Assembly (NCBI GenBank): GCA_050250895.1
Contig: JBFWNU010000004.1
Span: 270,934-334,933 of the forward strand
Source: Vulcanimicrobiota bacterium
GTDB taxonomy: Bacteria > Vulcanimicrobiota > Xenobia > Xenobiales > JADMJV01
Direction of reading: 5' to 3'
Length of the DNA: 64,000 bases
The notes under the pieces are model-generated. The model saw only the letters and a program-made list of their open reading frames with translations, did not search any database and was not told the origin of the DNA. Positions 38,219 through 47,411 of this stretch are shown here, one piece after another. The translations under genes and the position numbers were made by a program. Each line of letters opens with the position of its first letter. Position 1 is the first letter of the stretch.

Positions 38219-38587
38219 ATGCAGGTCACGTCATTCAAGCCACACGCCACCTTTACCCCTTCTACTCCTCGCCAGGCTCAGCCGCAGCCGCCCGAGGATG
38301 AACTGACCACCGCCAACCTGGTGGGCGGAGCGCTGGGCGCCACCGGCCTCGGACTGGGGCTCGGCTACGTCGGACTTGAACTCGGAATGCGCGCCGGAAT
38401 GGAGTACGGTATCTCCTTGTGGGGTCCTCACCCGCTGGCCCAGGTCTTCGGTATCTTCACCACGGGACTGGCCTACGGCGTGCTTTTCGCGTCGGCTGGA
38501 GCCGCCGCTGGCGTAGCCGTCGGCGGCACCGCCGGTGCCTGCCTTGGTTCGGCCATCGCCGACCACTTCAAGCCTTCCCAGCCTTAA
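38219..38587 (+). CDS. Glycine-zipper small membrane protein with S/T/P-rich leader
   Basis: GxxxG-rich hydrophobic helices. Confidence 0.7.
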   Translation: MQVTSFKPHATFTPSTPRQAQPQPPEDELTTANLVGGALGATGLGLGLGYVGLELGMRAGMEYGISLWGPHPLAQVFGIFTTGLAYGVLFASAGAAAGVAVGGTAGACLGSAIADHFKPSQP

Positions 38588-38681
38588 GCCCAGCTGACCC
38601 GGCCCACCCCGGCGGGCAGGAGTTTTCGGCCTTGAACAAAATTAGATCCTCTGTAGCATTTATTTCAAGGAGGATCCTATC

Positions 38682-38927
38682 TTGACACTCGTAGTTGACA
38701 CCCTCGGCGAACAGCTCAAGCGATATCTGCAGTCGATCGAATCGCTCGAGAACGAAAAGAGCGAGATCACGGGCGCCATCAAAGAGACCTTTGACGAAGC
38801 CAAGCGCGAGGGCATCGATGTCAAAGCTCTGCGCAGCCTGCTGAAAATGCGCAAGATGGACCGCCACGCCATCGAAGAGCAAGAGACCACCCTCTACAAT
38901 TACATGCAGGCGCTCGGCATGCGCTAG
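38682..38927 (+). CDS. gapR: GapR/DUF2312 (UPF0335) family DNA-binding protein
   Basis: QLKRYLQSIESLENEK...IKETFDEAKREGIDVKALRSLLKMRK; AAGGAGG SD before TTG. Confidence 0.85.
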   Translation: MTLVVDTLGEQLKRYLQSIESLENEKSEITGAIKETFDEAKREGIDVKALRSLLKMRKMDRHAIEEQETTLYNYMQALGMR

Positions 38928-40465
38928 CGCGATTGGAACATCGCTTCCATTTCGAGGATGGCTTCGGGACCGGTTGTCTGGCCGGCCACGTAGCCATCTT
39001 TGTCGATCAGCACCAGCACTGGCAGAGGCTGGTCCTCGATCCCGTAGAGAGTCTGAATCTTGGGCTCGCCCCAAAGCTGCCTGAAGTTCTTGGGTTTACT
39101 GAGTAGCAGCCGGTAGGCCGCCCGGGCCTGTTCGGGCTCGACGTGAATGGCCACTCCGGACACTTCTCCCAAACGGGTCAGCATGCCGCTGAACTCGTCG
39201 AGTTCGCTTGAGGCCTGGCTGTCGGAGGCGCTCCAGAACATCAGTAGGATGGGCTGGTCGTAGAGCAGGGTGCTGAGCCGAAAGATTTTGTTGTTGCGGT
39301 CTTTGAGCACGAAACCGGGGGCCGGTTGGCGGCCGTCGGCCTGGCCGACCCGGGCCTGCCGACTGGCAGTCAGTTGCCCGCCCACATTCTCGATGATGGT
39401 CACCTCGTCGGCGTCGAGTTCGGTTTCAAGTCGCGCTAGTCCGACTTCGACCCTGACTTTACCCGCTTTCACAAAGGCGGCGGCCGGGACCGGGCCGAGG
39501 GCTTCACCGTTACAAAACGCATTGTCGCCGGGCTGGCCGAAAGTCCCGATCAGGGCTCGGGGGTCCTTGCTCAGGGCCAGAGCCAACTCTTCTTCGGCCT
39601 CTTGAGACCGGCCCAGAGCCCGATAAGCGGCCCACAGCGAGGCGTGGATCGAGGCGTAGTCGGGTCGGGCGTTGCGCGCGGCCACCAGCGCTTCGACCGC
39701 CAGGTCCAGGTTGCCCAAACGCCGCAACACGCGAGACTCGTTTAAATAGAGGTCGACATAGGGCGACGAGCCACCGCTGAGCGCCTTGCGATACTGGGCC
39801 AGGGCCAGTTCGTCCTTGTCGAGTTCTTCGAGCAAGAGCCCGTAATAGTTGCGAAAGATCGGCTCGTCGGGAACCTTCTTCAGGGCTTCTTGATAGGCTA
39901 CCCCGGCCGCCTGGCTCTGACCTCGCTTCTGCTCGTCGAAGGCCTCGAGGAAGCGCCCGACCGCCGAGCCCGGAGTGCGGCGGGCCGCCTCGCGCCAGGC
40001 CTGCATGCCGCCCTTCTCATCACCCCGGAAGAAGAGGACTTTGCCCCGATAGTAGTAGATGGCGCCCAGCTGAGGGTGCCAATAGTAATTGCTGATGATC
40101 TCGTCGAGCATGTGGAGAGCCTCGGTGAACTCGAGTTTAGCGGTGCGTTCGGTGGCTCTCTTACCGGCCGCCAGGATCAAGTTGTGCTGAGCTTCACCGT
40201 TGTTTCGGTTATAGCGCAAAGCCTCTCGAAATTCGTACAGGGCTCGTTCGGTTCGATCGCTCTGAAAGCAAGCAAAGCCGAGCAGGTTGTGGGCTTCGGA
40301 CGAATCGGGATACTCGCGCGCTAGCCTTTCGAAGCCGGCGATGGCCGCCTTGTAGTCTTTGGCAGCCAGAGCCTTGTCGCCAGCCTGCTTGAGCGACGCG
40401 TAAGAGGGCTTGGCCAGCGCCGGGACGGTGGCTAACCAGAGAATGAATAGAAGTCTCCAGACCAT
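38924..40465 (-). CDS. Exported TPR protein with C-terminal thioredoxin-like (AhpC/TSA) domain lacking CxxC
   Basis: Signal peptide, TPRs, APGFVLKD, FWSASDS, PVLVLIDKDG. Confidence 0.8.
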   Translation of the reverse strand: MVWRLLFILWLATVPALAKPSYASLKQAGDKALAAKDYKAAIAGFERLAREYPDSSEAHNLLGFACFQSDRTERALYEFREALRYNRNNGEAQHNLILAAGKRATERTAKLEFTEALHMLDEIISNYYWHPQLGAIYYYRGKVLFFRGDEKGGMQAWREAARRTPGSAVGRFLEAFDEQKRGQSQAAGVAYQEALKKVPDEPIFRNYYGLLLEELDKDELALAQYRKALSGGSSPYVDLYLNESRVLRRLGNLDLAVEALVAARNARPDYASIHASLWAAYRALGRSQEAEEELALALSKDPRALIGTFGQPGDNAFCNGEALGPVPAAAFVKAGKVRVEVGLARLETELDADEVTIIENVGGQLTASRQARVGQADGRQPAPGFVLKDRNNKIFRLSTLLYDQPILLMFWSASDSQASSELDEFSGMLTRLGEVSGVAIHVEPEQARAAYRLLLSKPKNFRQLWGEPKIQTLYGIEDQPLPVLVLIDKDGYVAGQTTGPEAILEMEAMFQSR

Positions 40466-40556
40466 GGTATGCAGGCATTCAAGAGGAGAAAAAAGGAACC
40501 TCCCGAGATGCCTCTCGGCACAAGGAGGTAAGGCTCGAGGCCAGAAGGTTCCTCAA

Positions 40557-41288
40557 GTGAAGGTCCTGCTCTTTCAGATTCGCGACGAGGGCGACCCGAT
40601 GCGCGCCCACGAAGAGCTCTGCTTCGAACGCAAGCTAGCTCAAGCTCCTCCGTTCGAGTTGGGTGTTTTCTGCCTCCTCAGCGACCCCTACCCTCCTCCC
40701 CTCGACGACTACGATGTCTTCATGGTAGGGGGTAGCGGCAGCTACGGTTGCGTGAACAACGTTCGTCCCTGGTTTGGGCGGACCGTCGAACTTTTTCGCC
40801 AGCTTGTCGAGCAAAAACGTCCGCTCTTTTGCTCTTGTTTCGGCCACCAGGCGCTGGCGGCTGCCCTCGGTGGCGAAGTCGTGACCGACCGCCAACGGTC
40901 CGAGTTAGGCACCTTCGAGATCGCCCTGACCGAGCAGGGCCAGAAGGACCCCCTCTTCGGCCAGTTGCCGCCGACCTTCACCGCACAGCTAGGTCACAAC
41001 GACCACGTGCAGCGCTTGCCTCGAGGGGCGGTGCTGCTGGCCAGCAGCGAGCGCAGTCCCATCCAGGCCTATCGACTGGACGGCTTGCCTGTCTACGCTA
41101 CCCAGTTCCATCCCGAAATGGACCATCTCGAGAACACCGAGCGGGCCGGCGGATATCTGCATGTATACGATGACGTACAGAAGACCCCAGAACGCATCGC
41201 TCAGGCCTTTCGCGAGAGCCCCGAGGCGATCAAGCTTATTCCTCGCTTTGTGCAGCTTGTGCGCGACAGAGCTCTTCCAGGTGTATGA
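40557..41288 (+). CDS. Type 1 glutamine amidotransferase (GMP synthase-like)
   Basis: GGSG, CFGHQ, QFHPE catalytic triad. Confidence 0.9.
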   Translation: MKVLLFQIRDEGDPMRAHEELCFERKLAQAPPFELGVFCLLSDPYPPPLDDYDVFMVGGSGSYGCVNNVRPWFGRTVELFRQLVEQKRPLFCSCFGHQALAAALGGEVVTDRQRSELGTFEIALTEQGQKDPLFGQLPPTFTAQLGHNDHVQRLPRGAVLLASSERSPIQAYRLDGLPVYATQFHPEMDHLENTERAGGYLHVYDDVQKTPERIAQAFRESPEAIKLIPRFVQLVRDRALPGV

Positions 41289-41586
41289 GTAGCTGACCCA
41301 GGTTGCTTTCGAGGCCCGACAGGACCTCGCCAGCCCGGGATAGGTCACCCTGCTCGCCCATCGACTCGAGCTCGAGGGCGGCGGCGTTGGTGGTGGGAGA
41401 CTCGAAGTTGGCGATTGCCCCCTTCAACTTGTGGGCCTCGGACTTCAGGCGATGGGCATCGGCCTCGTCGATGGCCGAGGACAGGTCGGCCAGGTATTCA
41501 GGCAGGCGAGCTTTGAGACGGTCGACCAGGAGCATCAAGAGGCTGTAGTCACCCATCCGCTCCATCAATTTCTCTTCATCGACCAT
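41236..41586 (-). CDS. Hpt (histidine phosphotransfer) domain protein
   Basis: AHKLKGAIAN, ALELE. Confidence 0.88.
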   Translation of the reverse strand: MVDEEKLMERMGDYSLLMLLVDRLKARLPEYLADLSSAIDEADAHRLKSEAHKLKGAIANFESPTTNAAALELESMGEQGDLSRAGEVLSGLESNLGQLLIHLEELCRAQAAQSEE

Positions 41587-41676
41587 GCAGGATGGTTCTT
41601 CCTGGGGCTGGCTGCAGCCTTTAAAGGATCGGGTCTATCTGGAGGTGCTCGGGCTGGCCGCCAGGAAGCGGAAGGA

Positions 41677-42507
41677 ATGGCTATTCGAATCGGAGTTCAA
41701 CTTCATCCCCAACATTGCACCTACGACGAACTCGCCAAAGCCGCTCAAGAAGTCGATCAACTCGGCTGCGATACTCTTTGGACCTGGGACCACTTCTATC
41801 CGCTCTACGGCTCTCCCGACGCTCCCATGGGGCCCCAACTGCCCCCGGCCGCCGGAGACCCCCCCAATCGCCACGGACACTTCGAAGGGTGGACTTTGTT
41901 AGCCGCCTTCGCCTGTGTCACCAAGAAGGTTGAAATCGGGATGCTGGTGACTTGCAACACCTATCGCAACCCGCAACTGCTGGCCGACATGGCCCGCACC
42001 CTCGACCACATCAGCCACGGTCGGGCCATCCTCGGCGTTGGCTCGGGCTGGTATGAAAAAGACTACCAGGAATACGACTACGAGTTTGGCACCGCGGTAA
42101 GCCGGCTCAAGGACCTGGCCCGTGACCTGCCCATCATGAAAGAGCGCCTCGGCAAGCTGCATCCGGCTCCCGTTCGCAATCCGCTACCGATCATGATCGG
42201 AGGTGGAGGCGAGAAGATGACCCTGCGCATCGTGGCCGAGCACGCCCACATTTGGAACGGCTTCGGCACGCCTGACGTGCTGGCTCACAAGAACAAAGTG
42301 CTCGACGACTGGTGCGCCAAAGTCGGGCGTGACCCCAAAGAGATCGAACGTTCGGTGCTGATGACCCAGCCCGACGCCCTCGACGTGCTCGACGGGATGT
42401 ATGAGGCTGGTATCCGCCACTTCATCTATGGCACCGGTATCCCGTTTGACCTCGACCCGGCCAAGCGGCTGCTCGAATGGCGCGAGAGCAAGCTCGCTCA
42501 CGCTTAA
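41677..42507 (+). CDS. LLM-class (luciferase-like) flavin/F420-dependent oxidoreductase
   Basis: WDHFYP, EGWTLLAA, YRNPQLLA, GVGSGW, IGGGGEK. Confidence 0.92.
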   Translation: MAIRIGVQLHPQHCTYDELAKAAQEVDQLGCDTLWTWDHFYPLYGSPDAPMGPQLPPAAGDPPNRHGHFEGWTLLAAFACVTKKVEIGMLVTCNTYRNPQLLADMARTLDHISHGRAILGVGSGWYEKDYQEYDYEFGTAVSRLKDLARDLPIMKERLGKLHPAPVRNPLPIMIGGGGEKMTLRIVAEHAHIWNGFGTPDVLAHKNKVLDDWCAKVGRDPKEIERSVLMTQPDALDVLDGMYEAGIRHFIYGTGIPFDLDPAKRLLEWRESKLAHA

Positions 42508-43469
42508 CCCGCCTGTTGGCGGCGGCCGGGCTGGCGATGCTCTTCGCCTGCCCGGCCAGGCCGTCAGCGCCTGCGCCCAGCCCGGTGACCAGCATGACCT
42601 CTGCAGCCCCTTTGGCTCCCGACCCCGAGATGGTGACCCGCCTGAAAGCCGATGTGGAGCATCTGGCCGCTGGCGAACGCAACCTGGACCACCCTCCCAG
42701 TCTGCCTCAGGTCGAAAAGTGGCTCACTCAAAGACTCGAGTCGATGGACTACCAGGTGAAGCGTGAAGAGTATCAGGTCGAGGGCAGTCAGGTCGCCAAT
42801 CTGGTGGTGGAAATCGCTGGCGCCAAGCCTGAGGTGGTAGTTATCGGTGCCCACTACGACTCGGCTCCCGGCACGCGGGGGGCCGATGACAACGCCAGCG
42901 GGGTGGCCTCTCTGCTCGAACTGGCCCGCCAACTGCGCCAGGACAAGCCCGAGCACACCTTGCGCCTGGTGCTTTTCGTCAATGAAGAACCTCCCTGGTT
43001 CATGACCGAAGACATGGGCAGCCTGCGCCACGCCCGCGGCTGCAAGAAGCGCGGCGAGGACATCCGGGCCATGGTGGCCCTCGAGAGCATCGGCTACTTT
43101 TCAGACGAGCCCGACAGCCAGCACTTCCCCCCCGGCATCGAGGGCTATCCCACCACCGGCAACTTCGTGGGGTTCGTGGGCAACCTCAGTTCGGCCGCCC
43201 TGGTATCGCGCTGCAAGACGCTGTTTGCCCCGTCAGGGGTGGCGGTCGAGTCGCTGGCCGCCCCCTCGATGATCGAAGGAGTGGGTTGGTCCGACCATTG
43301 GTCCTTCTGGCAAGAGGGTTATCCCGCCGTGATGCTGACCGACACGGCCCCTTTTCGCAACCCCAACTATCACCGCCCCAGCGACCTTCCCGACACCCTC
43401 GACTACCATCGCCTGGCCCAGGTGACCACCGCCATGCTAGCTGTGGTGCGCGGACTAACGGGCCCTTAA
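42477..43469 (+). CDS. M28 family peptidase, probable lipoprotein
   Basis: LFAC lipobox; GAHYDS, GADDNASG, NEE, SDH, YH. Confidence 0.9.
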   Translation: MAREQARSRLTRLLAAAGLAMLFACPARPSAPAPSPVTSMTSAAPLAPDPEMVTRLKADVEHLAAGERNLDHPPSLPQVEKWLTQRLESMDYQVKREEYQVEGSQVANLVVEIAGAKPEVVVIGAHYDSAPGTRGADDNASGVASLLELARQLRQDKPEHTLRLVLFVNEEPPWFMTEDMGSLRHARGCKKRGEDIRAMVALESIGYFSDEPDSQHFPPGIEGYPTTGNFVGFVGNLSSAALVSRCKTLFAPSGVAVESLAAPSMIEGVGWSDHWSFWQEGYPAVMLTDTAPFRNPNYHRPSDLPDTLDYHRLAQVTTAMLAVVRGLTGP

Positions 43470-45755
43470 CGCGAAGTCAGCTACCAGTTGCTCTTGAATG
43501 CGGGTCTCGACGGCCCGGGGCGAGCGGGTCTGGCGCACCGCGGCGATGGCCTCCTCGGGCGAGAGCCCGCGGCTGGTCAATAGACTGGCCGCCAACATTC
43601 CCGATCTTCCCAGGCCGGCCACGCAATGAACCACGACCGCCAGGCCCTGGGCCAGCCGCTCATCTACCCAGTCCACGGCGGCCCGCATTTCGTCCACCGT
43701 CGTCACTCGCTGGTCCACGATGGGCAGATGGTAGGCCTGCCAGCCCCGACTGCGATACTCAGCCAGTAATTGGCCCACCCCATAGCTCTCGAGTTCGGCC
43801 AGGGGAATCAGACAAACCACGGCGCCTACCCCTTGCTCGCTCAGACTTTCGAGGTCTTCGGCCAACTGCCGGCCCCGATCACGCCGTCCGGGCAGCAGCG
43901 TCAGGCCCAGCCGTCCCGGCCCAACCAGCCCATCGGGAAGCCAGTCCACCCGCAGCCGGCTGCTGGCGGCCAGCCGCTGGGCTACCTGCTCGGCCAACCG
44001 GCTGGCGGTGTAAAGGGCCCATTGCCGTTGAAGCTGGCTCGACTCGTCGAAGCCCAGCGTATGGGCCGCATAGCGCAGGGCGGCCACCCAGTATTGATAA
44101 GGGTCGCGGTCCGAGTGAATCAGTCGAGGGTAGTGAGAGCGCAACATGGCCACTACCTGCCAGGCCCGCTCGAGACCGTCCAGAGCGAACTTGCACTCGG
44201 GCAAAGGCGCCCCCAAATCGGCGACCTCGAGCAAGTGGTCGCTCAAGTCGCAAGCCTGGGCCAGCTCGGCCTCGTCGGCCAGTGGGGTGAAGATATAGAG
44301 CAGGTCGTTTTCGAGCTTGATGAGGTCCATCAAGACGTGGGCTCGCCTGGTGTGGAAGAAGTCGATCATCCAGACGTTCTGATTCCCGTCGACGATGATG
44401 TTGGCCCCGTTGAGATCACCGTGCACAAAGGCTTGATAGCATTGACCCTGAGGGCTTTGGGGCAGCTCGGCCAGGACGTTTTCGTAGAAGTGGCACAGGT
44501 TATAGACCGGTCGCTCGGGACAAGGCTCGAGGGTCGGGCCCGCCTGACCCACCAGAGCCTCCACTTTGCGTCGCACGCCGGGTGCCCAGCGGGCCGAGAA
44601 TCCGTAGTGTTCGAGCAGGTCGCAATCTTCGCGTGAGGCTGCTTTGTAGAGCCTCCCCAGCTGCTCGCCGAAGACGGTGTCAAGGATGCGCTGGCACTCG
44701 GTCAATCCGAGGCCCTGCTGATAGAGCTTCTGGAAGGTGGTCGAAAAGGCCCCGCCCATCGAGGCATAGCGATACTTGATGGCACCCCGATCGTTAAAGT
44801 CGGCAAAGTCCGAGATTTGAGGGGCGTTGTTGCCCAGCACCTGCTGCACTCGCTCGAACGAAGCGCGTTCCTGCCCCATCAGGCTCTGGGGACCCACCTT
44901 GACCACGTGAGGGACCTGCTCGTGGCCGTGCAGGTCGAGCCCTTCGGCCCCCAGCACGACGTTGCCTGAGAAGCCCCCGTCCAGAACCTTCAGTTCCACC
45001 CTCTGGCAGTCTCGAAAAAGATAGCGCACCAGGGTGTCGTCGGTGGGCTCGAGTTGGACCCCAGTCAGGGATGGGTTGGTCTGGCTGGCTCCCAGCAAAG
45101 GCGCATCCCATTCTTTGCCACCGAGAAAATCGACGAACTCGCCTACCGAGTCGATGACCCGCAGCCCCAGCAGGCGCCGCATCTGATCGAGGGCTTGAAA
45201 GTGATGGTGGCGAGAGGATGAAGCGGTCAGAGCCGAGCACACGGCCACCTCGAAGAGCGGATAGCGGGTGCGCAACTCGTAGGCCAGATAATAGACCTTG
45301 GCCTCGGTCCACACTCCCATGATGCCGACTCGACGAGGCCGACCGTCAAAGGGCAGGAGCTGTTGGGCCAGGTCGGTGTGATGAAAATCGTTGAGACTCA
45401 AGGAATCGATGACCGACACCCCGGCTTTAGGTTGGCTCGGCCGGGCAAAGGCGAACTCGGCTCCTCTGGTGCCCTGGAGACAGTGGGGCCCAAACCGCTC
45501 GAGATGGCCCTTTTGCTCTGGATCGCCCGGATCGTGCCAATCGCGCAGGTGAAAGACCCGCAATAGCTCGTCAGGGGTTTGATAGGCCCAGCTCATCACT
45601 CGCGACACGGGCCCTTCCTCGGGCAGTTCGCCCATCAGGCGCAGGCTTTCAGAATAGCCCACGTGCAGGCGGTTTGGCAGGGCCTCGAAGCGAGCCAGGG
45701 GCGCAACGAAGTCGTTCTGGAGACATTGCGAGAATAGCAGGGCGGTGGCGAACAT
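43455..45755 (-). CDS. Fusion: isochorismatase-like + APH/TCAD9-like kinase + CDKN3-like dual-specificity phosphatase
   Basis: QCLQNDF, DWH, HCLQGT; GGFSG, VVKVG, HGDLNGANI, IDF; HCVAGLGRS; start reset to ATG 45755. Confidence 0.85.
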   Translation of the reverse strand: MFATALLFSQCLQNDFVAPLARFEALPNRLHVGYSESLRLMGELPEEGPVSRVMSWAYQTPDELLRVFHLRDWHDPGDPEQKGHLERFGPHCLQGTRGAEFAFARPSQPKAGVSVIDSLSLNDFHHTDLAQQLLPFDGRPRRVGIMGVWTEAKVYYLAYELRTRYPLFEVAVCSALTASSSRHHHFQALDQMRRLLGLRVIDSVGEFVDFLGGKEWDAPLLGASQTNPSLTGVQLEPTDDTLVRYLFRDCQRVELKVLDGGFSGNVVLGAEGLDLHGHEQVPHVVKVGPQSLMGQERASFERVQQVLGNNAPQISDFADFNDRGAIKYRYASMGGAFSTTFQKLYQQGLGLTECQRILDTVFGEQLGRLYKAASREDCDLLEHYGFSARWAPGVRRKVEALVGQAGPTLEPCPERPVYNLCHFYENVLAELPQSPQGQCYQAFVHGDLNGANIIVDGNQNVWMIDFFHTRRAHVLMDLIKLENDLLYIFTPLADEAELAQACDLSDHLLEVADLGAPLPECKFALDGLERAWQVVAMLRSHYPRLIHSDRDPYQYWVAALRYAAHTLGFDESSQLQRQWALYTASRLAEQVAQRLAASSRLRVDWLPDGLVGPGRLGLTLLPGRRDRGRQLAEDLESLSEQGVGAVVCLIPLAELESYGVGQLLAEYRSRGWQAYHLPIVDQRVTTVDEMRAAVDWVDERLAQGLAVVVHCVAGLGRSGMLAASLLTSRGLSPEEAIAAVRQTRSPRAVETRIQEQLVADFALRAR

Positions 45756-45836
45756 GCCACGTATGTTACCCTCCGGGGTGGCGCCAATCCTCTCGTTGAT
45801 TAACTGTTGAAAATCAACGGGTAGAATACCGGTTCG

Positions 45837-47336
45837 ATGATGAAATCTCGAGATGCAGCCGCCTCCGCCCAAGAAACCGACCTCCTTTTTCAGCTTCTGG
45901 TCGATGCCATGGACGAAATCTTTTGGGTCGCCACGCCGGGGCGAAGCAAGTTTCTCTACGTTTCTCCCGCCGCTGAGCGCGTATTCGGCTTTAGTCCGAA
46001 TCGCTTTCTGACCCACCCCGGCCTCTGGCTCAACAACGTCTTTCCGGCCGACCGCGATGAACTCGCCGAGCTTCTCGGGCGAACGGGCGACTGTTATCAG
46101 CACGCCTATCGGGTGATGCATAAAGACGGCGGCATTCGCTGGCTGCGCGAACGGGCCTATCGGGTCGAACCGGCCGGGCCCAGCCGACCGGTGATCGTGG
46201 GGCTGAGCGAAGACATCACGCAGGAGAAAGAACTCGAGGCTCAGTTTCTGCATTCTCAAAGGATGGAGGTGGTGGGCCGGGTGGCCGGAGGTATCGCCCA
46301 CGACTTCAACAATTTGCTCACTTGCATCATGGGGTTGGCCGAACTGGCCCTTGACGGAGTGCCCGAGGGCGAGTTGCGCGAAGACCTCGAACAGATCTTG
46401 CGAGCCAGCAAACGGGGTGAGGGGTTGGTGGCTGGCCTGCTGGCCTTTAGCCGCAAAGAGCGTTTGCACCACGTGCTCACCGAACTCAATCAAGTGGTGG
46501 GCGAGGTGTGCAAGATGTTCGAACGGGTGCTCGGCGAGGACATCCGCCTCACCTTCAGGGTCCCCGACGAGCCGCTGATGGTAAAAATCGAGCGCGCTCA
46601 GGCCGAACAGATTCTCGCCAATCTGATGGTCAACGCCCGCGACGCCATGCCGACGGGCGGCGTGCTCGAGGTCTCGCTCGAGGCCGAGGAGGCTGGCGGC
46701 AAGGTCTTTGCCAAGTTGACCGTCCGTGACACCGGAGTGGGAATTCCGGCCGACGTTTGTGCCCGCATCTTCGAGCCTTTCTATACTACCAAGAAAAACC
46801 ACGGCACCGGTCTGGGCCTGTCGACCGTGCACACTTTGATCACGCAGGTGGGCGGCCACATTCATCTCGACACGGTGCCGGGCGAGGGGACCGCCTTCGA
46901 GCTCTTCATGCCCACCGTTCAATCTCGCCGCCAGCTGGCTCCCTCCCTCCGCAGCACCAGCCAGGGACCCTACCAGAAAGGAACGATCCTGCTGGTGGAG
47001 GACGAGACGCTGGTGCGAAATCTGCTGCGGCGCGTCCTCGAGAGCGCCGGCTATGAGGTGGTGACGGCCGCCAACGGCGACGAAGCGAAGACCGCCTACA
47101 GCCGGCTCGAGGGCAGCTTGCAAATGATCGTCACCGACGTGGTCATGCCGGGCATGGGAGGCTTTGAACTCATTCGGGCCCTCAAGCCAGCGATTCCGGT
47201 CCTTTACATTTCGGGCTATCTCGGAGACAAGCATGCCGAAGCCGAACTGGCCTCAGACCAGGAGTTGCTGTTGAAACCGTTCTCTCCCGAAGAGCTGGTC
47301 AACCGGGTGAACGTCTTGGCCGAACAGGGCTCTTAA
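45837..47336 (+). CDS. PAS hybrid sensor histidine kinase / response regulator
   Basis: PAS; AHDFNN, NARDAM, DTGVG, GTGLGL; receiver VEDE, TDVVMP, KPF. Confidence 0.95.
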   Translation: MMKSRDAAASAQETDLLFQLLVDAMDEIFWVATPGRSKFLYVSPAAERVFGFSPNRFLTHPGLWLNNVFPADRDELAELLGRTGDCYQHAYRVMHKDGGIRWLRERAYRVEPAGPSRPVIVGLSEDITQEKELEAQFLHSQRMEVVGRVAGGIAHDFNNLLTCIMGLAELALDGVPEGELREDLEQILRASKRGEGLVAGLLAFSRKERLHHVLTELNQVVGEVCKMFERVLGEDIRLTFRVPDEPLMVKIERAQAEQILANLMVNARDAMPTGGVLEVSLEAEEAGGKVFAKLTVRDTGVGIPADVCARIFEPFYTTKKNHGTGLGLSTVHTLITQVGGHIHLDTVPGEGTAFELFMPTVQSRRQLAPSLRSTSQGPYQKGTILLVEDETLVRNLLRRVLESAGYEVVTAANGDEAKTAYSRLEGSLQMIVTDVVMPGMGGFELIRALKPAIPVLYISGYLGDKHAEAELASDQELLLKPFSPEELVNRVNVLAEQGS

Positions 47337-47411
47337 CACTTCTGTTACGAAAGCAAGCTACCCTGAGGATGTTCATCTCAGCTCCACACCTCGAAGAGAG
47401 AGATCGATACA

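Noticed and set aside
45756-47234. N-terminal 490 aa of the 1259-aa minus-strand ORF
   Set aside because: It is the antisense shadow of the histidine kinase; recognisable domains begin at ATG 45755, which has its own -10 box.
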